A stretch of 64,000 nucleotides of DNA from an uncultured Desulfobacteraceae bacterium (GCA_964478625.1 CAYZJH010000012.1:8087-72086), one strand, 5' to 3'. Numbered from the stretch's first letter, positions 18,507-28,003 are shown. Made by a program: numbers and translations. Notes: generated from the letters alone by a model not told the origin.

Positions 18507-20145
18507 AAAAACGACTACAGCGGGTGAGGTTACCATCTTTGTTCGTGATCAATCGATTAAAGCCCGCAAAGGCCAAAGCCTGATGCATGCACTGTCGGAT
18601 AATGGCATCTTTTTGAGAGCTGATTGCGGCGGCAATGGACGGTGTACAAAATGCAGCGTCAAGATCCTTCAGGACATGCCGGAATCCAAAACATTTCCTG
18701 AAAATAAAGATAACAACACTGAAAACACTAAGCCAACACACCGGAATGTTCTGGCATGTCAGGAGACAGTCACCGGAAATCTCATGATCGAAATCCCAGG
18801 ATCAGCCCATTTAAGCCCGGATGTCATACAAAAACCAAGGATTTCCCATAAGCTCAAATCCCGTATATCCCGTTTTTTAAAAGAGGAACATCCACATTTG
18901 GGACATTGCCTGGCGGTTGACATCGGAACCACAACCATAGGCGTCTACCTATGCAATATGGACAAGGCATCCATTGATGGCTCGGTGTCCCTGAAAAACC
19001 CCCAGTCTCTTTTCGGTGCCGACATCATGAGCCGAATCACGGCATTGGCTGAGAGCCCCATGATTATCAGACGACTTCAGCAAGTGGTGGTTCAGGCCAT
19101 CGACTGGGGTATCCATAATCTGTGTTTTTCTGCAAAACATCTGGATCCCCAAAATATCAGGTCGATGGCTGTGGTGGGTAATTCGGTTATGCTTCATCTG
19201 TTTCTCGGCAAAGACCCCTCGTCTATCGGGGTGGCCCCCTACCAACCCAAATTTTATGAAACCCAAACCCTTTTGGCCGGCCGGCTTGGGTTTAATTTTA
19301 ATCATAATGCAGAAATTTATACGATCCCGTTAATATCCGGTTTTTTAGGAGCTGATATTGTGGCAGCATCCCTGGCCGTGAATTTGAAAAACGAACCATC
19401 AGGAACCGTGCTGGCCGATGTGGGTACCAATGGAGAATTGATGGCGGTCGGGACTCAATCCATGGTCGCCACATCCTGCGCCACCGGTCCGGCCCTGGAA
19501 GGAGCTACCATCGAGCATGGGATGCAGGCCGTTTCCGGGGCAATATCCGCTGTATCCATAAACAGGAAAACCGGCAAAGTCAGATATTCGGTTAAAGGTG
19601 GCCAAAAGGCATCCGGAATTTGCGGCTCAGGCATCATCAGCGCAGTGGCAGAGTTACTTCGGGCTAATATACTGCTTCCTGACGGGCGATTTGACCTATC
19701 GGCAGGTTGTGATCGGATTCGGTTAACCCGAAAAAATATACCCGAATTTGTTCTGACATATGAAAACGAATCTGCCACAGGAAAAGCTGTTACGCTGACT
19801 CAAAAGGACATACGAAATGTCCAGCTTGCCAAAGCGGCTTTTCGTACCGGAATTGATCTTCTGTGCGAAAATATGGGTCGGGTTGTTCCCAGCCGATTGC
19901 TGGTTGCCGGGGCTTTCGGAAATTATATCCGAAAACAGGATGCCCTGGCCATCGGAATGTTTCCCCCCATGCCGGCAAAAAATATCCGGATTGTCGGAAA
20001 TGCCGCCGGAGAAGGCGCAATCCTGTCGCTTTTTAATCCTTACATTCTTGCAGAGGCCCGTGATCTCGCCGCCAATACCCGGGTGATCGATTTGACGTCC
20101 CATAGCCGTTTTCAGGATCATTTTATCGAATCTTTGTCATTTTAG
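18490..20145 (+). CDS. RACo-like corrinoid reductive activase (2Fe-2S ferredoxin domain + ASKHA ATPase)
   Basis: N-terminus has CGGNGRCTKCSV...LACQ (plant-type 2Fe-2S). The ASKHA phosphate loop is AVDIGTTTIGVYL, followed by ADVGTNGE and ICGSGI. ATG 18490 lies inside ORF 18325..20145. Confidence 0.8.
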   Translation: MLQKNKKTTTAGEVTIFVRDQSIKARKGQSLMHALSDNGIFLRADCGGNGRCTKCSVKILQDMPESKTFPENKDNNTENTKPTHRNVLACQETVTGNLMIEIPGSAHLSPDVIQKPRISHKLKSRISRFLKEEHPHLGHCLAVDIGTTTIGVYLCNMDKASIDGSVSLKNPQSLFGADIMSRITALAESPMIIRRLQQVVVQAIDWGIHNLCFSAKHLDPQNIRSMAVVGNSVMLHLFLGKDPSSIGVAPYQPKFYETQTLLAGRLGFNFNHNAEIYTIPLISGFLGADIVAASLAVNLKNEPSGTVLADVGTNGELMAVGTQSMVATSCATGPALEGATIEHGMQAVSGAISAVSINRKTGKVRYSVKGGQKASGICGSGIISAVAELLRANILLPDGRFDLSAGCDRIRLTRKNIPEFVLTYENESATGKAVTLTQKDIRNVQLAKAAFRTGIDLLCENMGRVVPSRLLVAGAFGNYIRKQDALAIGMFPPMPAKNIRIVGNAAGEGAILSLFNPYILAEARDLAANTRVIDLTSHSRFQDHFIESLSF

Positions 20146-20308
20146 ACTGGAAAGAAAGCTATCAAAGGACGGATCATTTATGATCAACGATTCCATTTTC
20201 TGTGGTAACTTGAATTATTTGCGAATTTAATGCATAGGTACATAAGAGATCACTTCATCATAAGCCGTTTAACCGGCACAACATTTATTTTATCCATAAG
20301 GCACCGGC

Positions 20309-20407
20309 ATGCGGGAGTTTAAAAAATTTATGGCCAGGCTCGGAAAATGGTTTTTCGGATCGTCTTTTTCTGGGATCACTTTTAAAATTCCGGAGTTTGG
20401 CCAATGA
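20309..20407 (+). CDS. Candidate 32-codon small ORF (MREFKKFMARLGKWFFGSSFSGITFKIPEFGQ), translationally coupled to the radical SAM gene
   Basis: ATG 20309 lies 8 nt after AAGG. Its TGA stop (20405-20407) overlaps ATG 20404 of the downstream gene (ATGA). There is no homology evidence. Confidence 0.3.
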   Translation: MREFKKFMARLGKWFFGSSFSGITFKIPEFGQ

Positions 20408-21258
20408 AAACACCTCCCCGTCATCGCAATATCACCCTTAAAAGACTACTCCTGGACGCACTTCAGCATGTTCGAGCCCAATCCTATCTACCCCACGGGT
20501 TCGGCAACCGTTACTTGCCAAGCCGGGAATACGTGGAGATGGATATCACCTATAAGTGCAATTTGAATTGCATCAACTGCAACCGTTCCTGTACTCAGGC
20601 CCCGAGCAGTTTTGAAATGCCTATTCAGAAAATCCAAGATTTTTTGACACAGAGCATCGAAGAAAAAATCCTATGGAAACGAATCCGGCTATTGGGCGGA
20701 GAACCGACCCTTCACAGTCGAATTTTGGACATCACAGATCTTCTGATCAATTATCGGCGGACCTATAATCCTTCTGTCAGACTTGTGCTTTGCACCAATT
20801 TTTATGGAAAACAGGTTCACCGGATAATAGAGAAGATTCCGGAAACCATTGTCATTAAAAGTACGCTGAAAAATTCTCGGGTCAACCTTTTCAGACCTTT
20901 TAACGTCGCCCCCATCGATACGATTTATAATCGTTTTTCCGATTTTACCGTCGGCTGTCGCATCATGGAGGATTGTGGTCTGGGAATGACTCCTTCCGGT
21001 TATTATATGTGCGGCATTGCCGGAGGAATCGACAGGATTTTTCAGTATAACCTGGGAAGAAAAAAGATACCGGATGTGTCAGACAATCTAATGGACCAAA
21101 TGGCGGCCTTTTGCAGGTTATGCGGCCATTTTGGATTCCAATGGCCCACCAGGAAAATTAAAATGTCAAAAACCTGGCGTTTGGCCTATAGCCGTTATTA
21201 TTCAAACAGAAAACCGGCCGAACCTCATACCAACGGTAAATTCGGTGTTACAAGATAA
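20404..21258 (+). CDS. Radical SAM enzyme (284 aa) with additional C-terminal Cys motifs
   Basis: YKCNLNCINC matches CxxxCxxC, and LLGGEPTL is present. C-terminal cysteines are GCRIMEDCG...YYMCG and FCRLCG. Confidence 0.85.
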   Translation: MKTPPRHRNITLKRLLLDALQHVRAQSYLPHGFGNRYLPSREYVEMDITYKCNLNCINCNRSCTQAPSSFEMPIQKIQDFLTQSIEEKILWKRIRLLGGEPTLHSRILDITDLLINYRRTYNPSVRLVLCTNFYGKQVHRIIEKIPETIVIKSTLKNSRVNLFRPFNVAPIDTIYNRFSDFTVGCRIMEDCGLGMTPSGYYMCGIAGGIDRIFQYNLGRKKIPDVSDNLMDQMAAFCRLCGHFGFQWPTRKIKMSKTWRLAYSRYYSNRKPAEPHTNGKFGVTR

Positions 21259-21274
21259 GGGATTTACAAGAACA

Positions 21275-22513
21275 ATGAAAAGGCTCAAGATTTTGCATGT
21301 AATCGGGCAAAGACCGGAAATGACCGGAAGTGCTGTTTATATGAATGCGGTTATCAAAGAATCCCACAAACTCGGTATTTCAACCTATCGAATCGCTGCT
21401 GTCCCCTTCGGCAGTGTTGACCCGCTAACTGAAAGGGATCGGTCCGAATGTTCTTACGTGTTTTTCGAATCGGAGCCCCTGAATTTCCCGGTACCGGGCA
21501 TGTCCGATGTGATGCCCTATAAAAGCTCCCTTTTTAAAGACCTTAAGGAAACCCGTTTAACCGCCTACAAGTCGGCCTTCACCCAGAAGCTTCAACATGT
21601 GGTCAGCCGGTTTGAACCGGACCTTATTCATTCGAATCACCTTTTTGTCCTCTCGGCCCTGGTCAGAAAACTGTTTCCGGACCTTCCCGTAATTGCAACC
21701 TGCCACGGTACGGATTTGAGACAGTACAATAACTGCCCCCATTTAAGACCTTTTGTAAAACACTACTGTCAACAGTTAGACCGGATCATTGCTTTGACGG
21801 CCGACCAGAAAAAAGATATCAGTGGTTTATACGAAATTCCGCCGGAAAAAATTGTGGTTGTCGGGGGCGGATACGATGAAACGGTTTTCACCCGTGCACC
21901 CAAAAGTCCTGCCGGTACCGTTCATATTCTGTATGCAGGAAAATTCAATCGCAGCAAAGGAGTGCCGTGGCTTTTAAAATCACTTTTGAAAATTAAAGAC
22001 CACGACTGGCACCTCCATATGGCAGGCGGCGGCAACGGACCGGAGTACGACTCCTGTATGAACCTTGCAGAAAAATTGGCCCCCAAGCTTACCATTCATG
22101 GATTCGTAAGTCACCGCCGACTTGCGGAACTTATGAAAAAAGCTCATATCCAGGTGCTCCCATCATTTTTCGAAGGTCTCCCTCTGGTGCTCTTCGAAGG
22201 CCTTGCTTCCGGATGCCGATTAATCGCGACCGATTTGTCCGGTTTTTCCGGGGTATTTCGCAACGCAAAAAGAGACACGGTCGACCTGATCCCATTGCCA
22301 CCCCTTCAAACCATTGACCGGCCGTATCAAAAAGATGAATCTTTTTTGGAACACCAATTGTGCAAAAGCATACTCGATAAAATGGATGCTGTAAGAAAAT
22401 CTCCTGATTTTGACGACCCGCAAGCTGAATTGATTGCATCCGGCTACAAATGGCCAAGTGTTTTTGAGCGCATTTTATCGGTCTACAACAGTGCAGCAAT
22501 CAGGATTCAGTAG
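21275..22513 (+). CDS. Family-4 (GT-B) glycosyltransferase
   Basis: MKRLKILHV...TGSAVY is a GT4 N-terminus. The C-terminus has a SFFEGLPLVLFEGLASG E-x7-E-like motif. ATG 21275 lies inside ORF 21131..22513. Confidence 0.85.
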   Translation: MKRLKILHVIGQRPEMTGSAVYMNAVIKESHKLGISTYRIAAVPFGSVDPLTERDRSECSYVFFESEPLNFPVPGMSDVMPYKSSLFKDLKETRLTAYKSAFTQKLQHVVSRFEPDLIHSNHLFVLSALVRKLFPDLPVIATCHGTDLRQYNNCPHLRPFVKHYCQQLDRIIALTADQKKDISGLYEIPPEKIVVVGGGYDETVFTRAPKSPAGTVHILYAGKFNRSKGVPWLLKSLLKIKDHDWHLHMAGGGNGPEYDSCMNLAEKLAPKLTIHGFVSHRRLAELMKKAHIQVLPSFFEGLPLVLFEGLASGCRLIATDLSGFSGVFRNAKRDTVDLIPLPPLQTIDRPYQKDESFLEHQLCKSILDKMDAVRKSPDFDDPQAELIASGYKWPSVFERILSVYNSAAIRIQ

Positions 22514-22514
22514 G

Positions 22515-23417
22515 GTGAAAATTCAGGAAACACTCATTGCCCTTGTTTTTGGAGCCATGATAATAGCGGCGATTCTGGCCGGACAAAAGCCGGATGAACG
22601 GTATTTTCCTCTTCGGGAATGGGCCGGAAAAGCTGATTTCCAACTGGATTTTTCAGGAGAAATTTGGGTAGAACCGAAAACAGGGATAGAATTGATCCGG
22701 GTAGATGGCGGATGTTTTGAGATGGGCTGCATCGAAAAGGATTGGCAATGTAATCCCAATGAATACCCGGCTCACAAGGTCTGCCTGGATGGCTTCTGGC
22801 TAGGCCGATATCCGGTAACTCAAAAACAGTGGCTGCGAATTTTCAAAACAAATCCCTCACAATTTCAAACAGATGAGAATTATCCTGTGGAAAGGGTGTC
22901 CTGGCATGATGTCCGGAAATATATCGATGAACTGAATGTCAGGCAAGGCAAGGAAATTTTCAGGCTTCCCACAGAAGCTGAATGGGAATATGCCTGCCGA
23001 GAAAAAGGAAATTTTGGGATATATTCCGGGAGCATGGATGCGGAAGAAGTTGCCTGGCATCGAGGAAACAGTGGAGGTTCCACCCGTCCGGTGGGTTCGC
23101 GAATGCCCAACAGGCTCGGTTTGTACGACATGAGCGGCAATGTGTTCGAGTGGGTACAGGATGTTTACGATGAAAACGCCTACAACCGTCATCGTTTGCA
23201 TAATCCACTGATGGATACAGGATTGGGTCCTGCCTATAATCATTACCTTACCCTTATCGAGCCCTATATCGGCGGTGATTCGCGCCGGGTAATCCGTGGT
23301 GGGTCCTGGCGGCATCAACCAACGGATTCGCGGTGTTCCGGCCGTCATTCCATGGTCGCCTCTGGAAATCGCAATGATTTAGGATTTCGAATCGCAAGGA
23401 ATCGCCCTGATTACTGA
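22515..23417 (+). CDS. Membrane-anchored formylglycine-generating-enzyme (FGE/SUMF1) family protein
   Basis: GTG 22515 lies 1 nt after the GT4 stop. The N-terminal TM anchor is LIALVFGAMIIAAILAG. FGE blocks are YPVTQKQW, PVERVSWHD, RLPTEAEWEYA, GLYDMSGNVFEWV, RGGSW and LGFRIAR. Confidence 0.85.
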   Translation: MKIQETLIALVFGAMIIAAILAGQKPDERYFPLREWAGKADFQLDFSGEIWVEPKTGIELIRVDGGCFEMGCIEKDWQCNPNEYPAHKVCLDGFWLGRYPVTQKQWLRIFKTNPSQFQTDENYPVERVSWHDVRKYIDELNVRQGKEIFRLPTEAEWEYACREKGNFGIYSGSMDAEEVAWHRGNSGGSTRPVGSRMPNRLGLYDMSGNVFEWVQDVYDENAYNRHRLHNPLMDTGLGPAYNHYLTLIEPYIGGDSRRVIRGGSWRHQPTDSRCSGRHSMVASGNRNDLGFRIARNRPDY

Positions 23418-23463
23418 ACCTCAAATTCTTGTTGCCTTTGGTGACACCTGAAATGCTGATCGC

Positions 23464-24531
23464 TCACTTCATAAATCTTTTGAGCGTTTCCACAAGGCCT
23501 GAAGCTTCGTCAAAAAGTACATCAAAAACCGGTATCCCTGTTGTTTTTTCTATGACGGAACAAATGACGGGTATTTGGAATTTATCCAATGACTCGTGGT
23601 TGAGGGTAACAGCCGCAACCGGTTTTTCAGACAAAAGTTCCGCGACCTGAATTTGACGGGTCAACGGATGAATCGGAACATCAGGAAATCCATCATAATG
23701 TTGTCGTGCAGGAGCATGCTGAAAAACAATCACATGGGGCTTTGCCGCTGCAAGGATTTCGAATCCGCCGGGATATGCCGGATTCATAAGACTCCCCTGC
23801 CCTTCAATGATCATGACATCCGGTTTTTGCTCGTTCCATGCATTCCACACGGCGTGTTCTATTTCCCCTGAAACAAAATCGTTGACCAGAGAATCCATGA
23901 TCACCCCATATCTTGCCCCCTGAAGCCATGCGGTCTGACCGGTTCCGATCATTTCTGTCTTATAGCCGGCTTCCTGAAATTTTCGGGTCAGAATCCATGC
24001 GGTCGTCCGTTTGCCGATCGCTGAATCCGAACCTAAAACAGCCACTCGGAAGGATAGGACTTCTTTGATTTTGCCGGAATAAAAATGGAGGTGATCCCGG
24101 GAAGGAGGTTTTCGGATATCTCGGATTGAAACACCGTTTTGTTCAGCCAGGAAAGCTATCTCAAGGTCTTCTGACAAAAAATTGTGAAGTCCGCAATCAA
24201 TGTTTAATCCTTTAGAAATGGCCTTCTGGACATTTTGCCTGGCCAGAGGGTTTAATTGCCCCCCAGCGGGAGCAAGGCCAATGACAAAATGGGTTGGCCT
24301 ATAGTCACCGCTTGCATGGATGGCATCATCAAGTGTCGCTACCACCGGGATTCCGTTTTCTTTGCCATCCAGAATCTTCCCGGCATCTTTGCCCGCACAA
24401 TGGGAATCGATCACCGCCGTGACCCTGTAACGATTGGTAAACCTGACGAGCCCGTGTGCGGTTTTTCCATCGGTGGTTTCAAATGCGCCTTCGCAATAAA
24501 CAATAGCGTTACCGTCAAGTTTTTGACTCAC
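23464..24531 (-). CDS. DUF1611 family protein (DgcN-like)
   Basis: The N-terminus AIVYCEGAFETTDGKTAHGLVR and central VAVLGSDSAIGKRTTA (P-loop-like) are characteristic of DUF1611. It overlaps the upstream PLP-enzyme gene by 4 nt. Confidence 0.75.
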   Translation of the reverse strand: MSQKLDGNAIVYCEGAFETTDGKTAHGLVRFTNRYRVTAVIDSHCAGKDAGKILDGKENGIPVVATLDDAIHASGDYRPTHFVIGLAPAGGQLNPLARQNVQKAISKGLNIDCGLHNFLSEDLEIAFLAEQNGVSIRDIRKPPSRDHLHFYSGKIKEVLSFRVAVLGSDSAIGKRTTAWILTRKFQEAGYKTEMIGTGQTAWLQGARYGVIMDSLVNDFVSGEIEHAVWNAWNEQKPDVMIIEGQGSLMNPAYPGGFEILAAAKPHVIVFQHAPARQHYDGFPDVPIHPLTRQIQVAELLSEKPVAAVTLNHESLDKFQIPVICSVIEKTTGIPVFDVLFDEASGLVETLKRFMK

Positions 24532-25634
24532 GATTTCCTCCCTGTCAGCACCACGACATAACGATCACCCGGAAGCGCTTCTTTTTCGTGGTGATCCATT
24601 AAGGCAATCAGTCCGGCAGTTGATGCCGGGAGTACCTCCAAACCTTCTTTTTCCCGGATTAATCTGGAAAAATGACGCATGCTTTTATCCGTTGCATTTG
24701 CCGCCCATCCCCTGGTTTGCCGAATGGCGTCCAGAGCCTGATTACCGTCAATGGAATGCCAGTTGATCAGTGGTTCATTGATTTTGGTTTCATGGATTTG
24801 TTCCGGTTTTAAGTCATGGCAGTCGGGATATTTTTTCAGAAATGCTTTGATGATGGGATTTTTTCTGAATGAAGAGCCCGCAACCATTTTAGGCATTCTG
24901 GAGGTTTTTCCACGGCGATAAAGGCTTAAAAATCCTTTATAGATTCCAGCAAGCGTGGTGCCGTTGGATACCGGAATTGCCACTGCGGCAGGTGCGTCCC
25001 TGAGTTCATCATAGATTTCATAAGCGATCTGACCATAGGCACGAAGCTGAATGGTGGTGTTGTCCCCGCCTGGATTCGCATCATAGAGTTCTTCTTTTTG
25101 GGCATGTTCCTTGGAAGCTTTCACAGAGGCCTCATAATCTCCGTTAGTTCTGAAAATTTCAGCGCCCAGCTCGGTCATCTCCTTGATTCTTCTTGGATGA
25201 TATTGTCTGGGGATATACACCAGACACCTGAGACCGGCCAATGAAGCAGCAAGGGCCATGGCAACCCCGTAATTTCCGCACGTGGCCACGGTGACGGCAT
25301 CAAACCCCCTGCGGAGAGCATCCATGGCCTGAGCAAATGCGATCCGGTCTTTTTGTGTACCGGTGGGATTGCCTCCCTCGAACTTTAAAAAAAGCTGCCG
25401 CATGCCCATCTCCCTTTCAATATTACGAGCCCGCACCAGGGAAGTATCGCCTACCTCTGAATCAATAATATCCTCATAAGCTTCCAGTCGAACCTCAATG
25501 GGAAGATAGGTGTTCTGAGATATCTTTTGCTGCTTTTCAATATCCTTGGCTACCTGGGAAATGTCTCCTGTGGCCCCATCGATAAGCTTATAAGGCTTTT
25601 CCAGGTTCGATAGAATGTCATTATTATCAGCCAT
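24528..25634 (-). CDS. Fold-type II PLP-dependent enzyme (threonine synthase / cysteine synthase-like)
   Basis: FEGGNPTGTQKDRIA carries the PLP-lysine motif (compare PTGSFKDR). CGNYG and a glycine-rich loop are also present. Confidence 0.8.
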   Translation of the reverse strand: MADNNDILSNLEKPYKLIDGATGDISQVAKDIEKQQKISQNTYLPIEVRLEAYEDIIDSEVGDTSLVRARNIEREMGMRQLFLKFEGGNPTGTQKDRIAFAQAMDALRRGFDAVTVATCGNYGVAMALAASLAGLRCLVYIPRQYHPRRIKEMTELGAEIFRTNGDYEASVKASKEHAQKEELYDANPGGDNTTIQLRAYGQIAYEIYDELRDAPAAVAIPVSNGTTLAGIYKGFLSLYRRGKTSRMPKMVAGSSFRKNPIIKAFLKKYPDCHDLKPEQIHETKINEPLINWHSIDGNQALDAIRQTRGWAANATDKSMRHFSRLIREKEGLEVLPASTAGLIALMDHHEKEALPGDRYVVVLTGRKS

Positions 25635-25656
25635 TTAAACCAACTGCCTCTTTTCT

Positions 25657-26070
25657 TTAGTGTTGCTGGTACAACAACTTATTTTGCTTGGCCTTGGCAA
25701 ATTCCTTGATGATAAACTGTTTACAAAAAGCCGGATGGGAAAGATAAGGAAACAGGCTTTCCACCAAAGAATTTATCAGTCCTTTGATGATATCGTCTTT
25801 TTCTTTCTCATCAATAAAAAAACGTTCCATCTTTTTTTCAAAGCGCACGGATTCACCCAGAAGCGTTTTTATTTCATCTAATGTGACCTGAGTTTTAGGG
25901 TTTGATTCTGAAAAAGCTTTTTCCACAGGCACATCCACCTGGGCAATAACGGTTATCTTCCATCGATCCCCAGCCATAACCCTTGATTTATTCCACAGTT
26001 CCAATGTAAGGCCATTTTTCAAATCAATGGATTTTTCCAGATTTTCCTTGAATATAATGGTTTCATTCAT
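25657..26070 (-). CDS. Hypothetical protein (137 aa), first gene of the PLP-enzyme/DUF1611 operon
   Basis: It is a clean ORF, co-directional and 22 nt upstream of the next gene. I recognised no motif. Confidence 0.55.
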   Translation of the reverse strand: MNETIIFKENLEKSIDLKNGLTLELWNKSRVMAGDRWKITVIAQVDVPVEKAFSESNPKTQVTLDEIKTLLGESVRFEKKMERFFIDEKEKDDIIKGLINSLVESLFPYLSHPAFCKQFIIKEFAKAKQNKLLYQQH

Positions 26071-26461
26071 AAATACGTCTCATCTATTTCTGATTAAAAA
26101 TTTCAGATACCGGATCGGGTCCGGCATACCGGGAAATTTAAAGGATCCAATTTTTCAAACAATACCTTGCATATCATTATCCCATTGAAAACCCAATAAG
26201 AAATGATTTTTTATACCCATCACGACATCCTAGGTCAAGCATTGCTTTGAACAGCATTGTTTTGATCTGGTACTTTGAAGCCAACATCGACCCGGATCTA
26301 AACGAACTCCCTTTTTAGAATACCTTACAGGGTTATGTTTGACACCCTATGGAGTTTTTGTCATAGTTAATGAAAATTGAAACCATTCGAATCAAGGACT
26401 AAAACTTTACAGATTCAAAAATTAACAAAACCGGAAAAAAGATCATAATTGGAGTTTCCAT

Positions 26462-26989
26462 TTGGAAAATAAAAACCTGGTTTTCAAAAAAAGGTTAAGG
26501 GATCTCTTAGCAGAGTGGGCGGAGACCGGGAAACCCACACGAACCGGTTTTCAAACCGAAGCAGAAAAGCTGATTCAGTGGAGAAACAAAGATGCCATTC
26601 CCGGTTTATGGGAAGTTCCGCCACTTTTGGTCACCGCCACAATAGACGACGGATGGGGGCATGGTCTGCAATTGATTCATCTGTGGGCCGAAGCAATAGG
26701 ACTTAAAGTTCAGCCTCTTGGTTTGCTGGTAAAAGCTGAGCAAATTATCCGAGAGTGCAACCGACTTGCTCCGGATTTTCTGGGCATAACAGTTTTACAG
26801 TTTGATTCGGAAGACGACTTGCGCTTAATCACACGGAATTTGCCTTCCAAAACCCGTGTGATTGCCGGAGGACCGGTATTCAGCCCAGACCCTGAATTGG
26901 CGCAAAGGGCCGGAATTCATTTTGTTGCCGGAAACGCCGCTGAATTCGTTGATTTCATGTTAAAATTTAATCCGACTGAAAAAGAATGA
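26462..26989 (+). CDS. Cobalamin-binding-domain-like (Rossmann-type) protein without a canonical DxHxxG
   Basis: LLVTATIDDGWGHGLQLI...DFLGITVL...RVIAGGPV follows the layout of B12-binding domains, but the His-on motif is not canonical. The TTG start lies 7 nt after GGAG. Confidence 0.55.
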   Translation: MENKNLVFKKRLRDLLAEWAETGKPTRTGFQTEAEKLIQWRNKDAIPGLWEVPPLLVTATIDDGWGHGLQLIHLWAEAIGLKVQPLGLLVKAEQIIRECNRLAPDFLGITVLQFDSEDDLRLITRNLPSKTRVIAGGPVFSPDPELAQRAGIHFVAGNAAEFVDFMLKFNPTEKE

Positions 26990-27001
26990 GGAAATTCTTG
27001 A

Positions 27002-27892
27002 ATGCCTTATATATTTGAACCCATCACCTCAGAATTTCATGATATTTACCTGAAACGGCTTTCTACATGCCCGGTTAAAACATCTGATTACAGTTTTATC
27101 AACTTATGGGGATGGGCCCAGGAATACGGACTTGTCTGGGCAGTTGAGGAAAACCTGATATGGATAAAGCAGACAATCCCTGAGACCATTTACTGGTCCC
27201 CTGTGGGTAATTGGGAGAAGATCGACTGGAAAAATGCCTTTTTGAATTTTCACCAGGAAAAAATGGTGTTCACAAGGGTCCCTGAACTGCTTTTAGACAT
27301 ATGGAAAAAACAGTTGAATCATCAGGTGGATTTTGAAAATGACCGGAGTCAATGGGACTATCTTTATGATTTTCAGGATCTCGCAGAGCTGAAAGGAAAT
27401 CGGTTTCATAAAAAGAAAAATCTTCTGAGCCAATTTGTGAGAAAATATGATTATCACTACATTTCTTTCGGAAAAGAGATGATTGATCAGGTTCTTGCCA
27501 TGCAGTCGGACTGGTGTGATTGGAAAGACTGCGAACTCAACGACGCACTGGCTGCAGAAAACCGGGTTATCGAAAAGGTCTTGAAAGCATGGAACAGATT
27601 TGAAAAAATCAGTGGAGGAGCGATTGTCGCAAATCAAAAAATCGTGGCATACACTTTGGCCGAAACCCTCACCGACGACATTTTGCTGATCCATTTTGAA
27701 AAAGGAAACCCATCTTATCAGGGATCCTATCAAGCCATCAATCAGATGTTTATCTCATCCATTTCAAAAAACCAGACATTCAAACTGGTAAACAGGATGC
27801 AGGACCTTGGTGATGAAGGGCTTCGAAAAGCAAAACTCTCCTATCATCCGGTCGATTTTAACCGAAAATTTAAGGTGGTTGTCTCCACGTAA
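27002..27892 (+). CDS. DUF2156 protein (homolog of the MprF C-terminal aminoacyl-tRNA-dependent transferase domain)
   Basis: YSFINLWGW, DYLYDFQDLAELKGNRFHKKKN, HFEKGNPSYQGSYQAINQ and DLGDEGLRKAKLSYHP match DUF2156 blocks. Confidence 0.8.
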   Translation: MPYIFEPITSEFHDIYLKRLSTCPVKTSDYSFINLWGWAQEYGLVWAVEENLIWIKQTIPETIYWSPVGNWEKIDWKNAFLNFHQEKMVFTRVPELLLDIWKKQLNHQVDFENDRSQWDYLYDFQDLAELKGNRFHKKKNLLSQFVRKYDYHYISFGKEMIDQVLAMQSDWCDWKDCELNDALAAENRVIEKVLKAWNRFEKISGGAIVANQKIVAYTLAETLTDDILLIHFEKGNPSYQGSYQAINQMFISSISKNQTFKLVNRMQDLGDEGLRKAKLSYHPVDFNRKFKVVVST

Positions 27893-28003
27893 TCATGATT
27901 TCCAAAAGAAGTGCTGTTTTTAAATGCCTTTTTAGCCTTTTGCTGATAAACCTGAAAAAAAGGTACCGTATGTGTTTTTAAACTGGAAGGAACTTACAAA
28001 CCC

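Noticed and set aside
21131-21274. Long upstream extensions of the GT4 ORF (21131) and the FGE ORF (22434) overlapping the preceding genes.
   Set aside because: The extensions overlap the conserved C-termini of upstream genes. Family-typical N-termini begin at 21275 (MKRLKILHV) and 22515 (the TM anchor).
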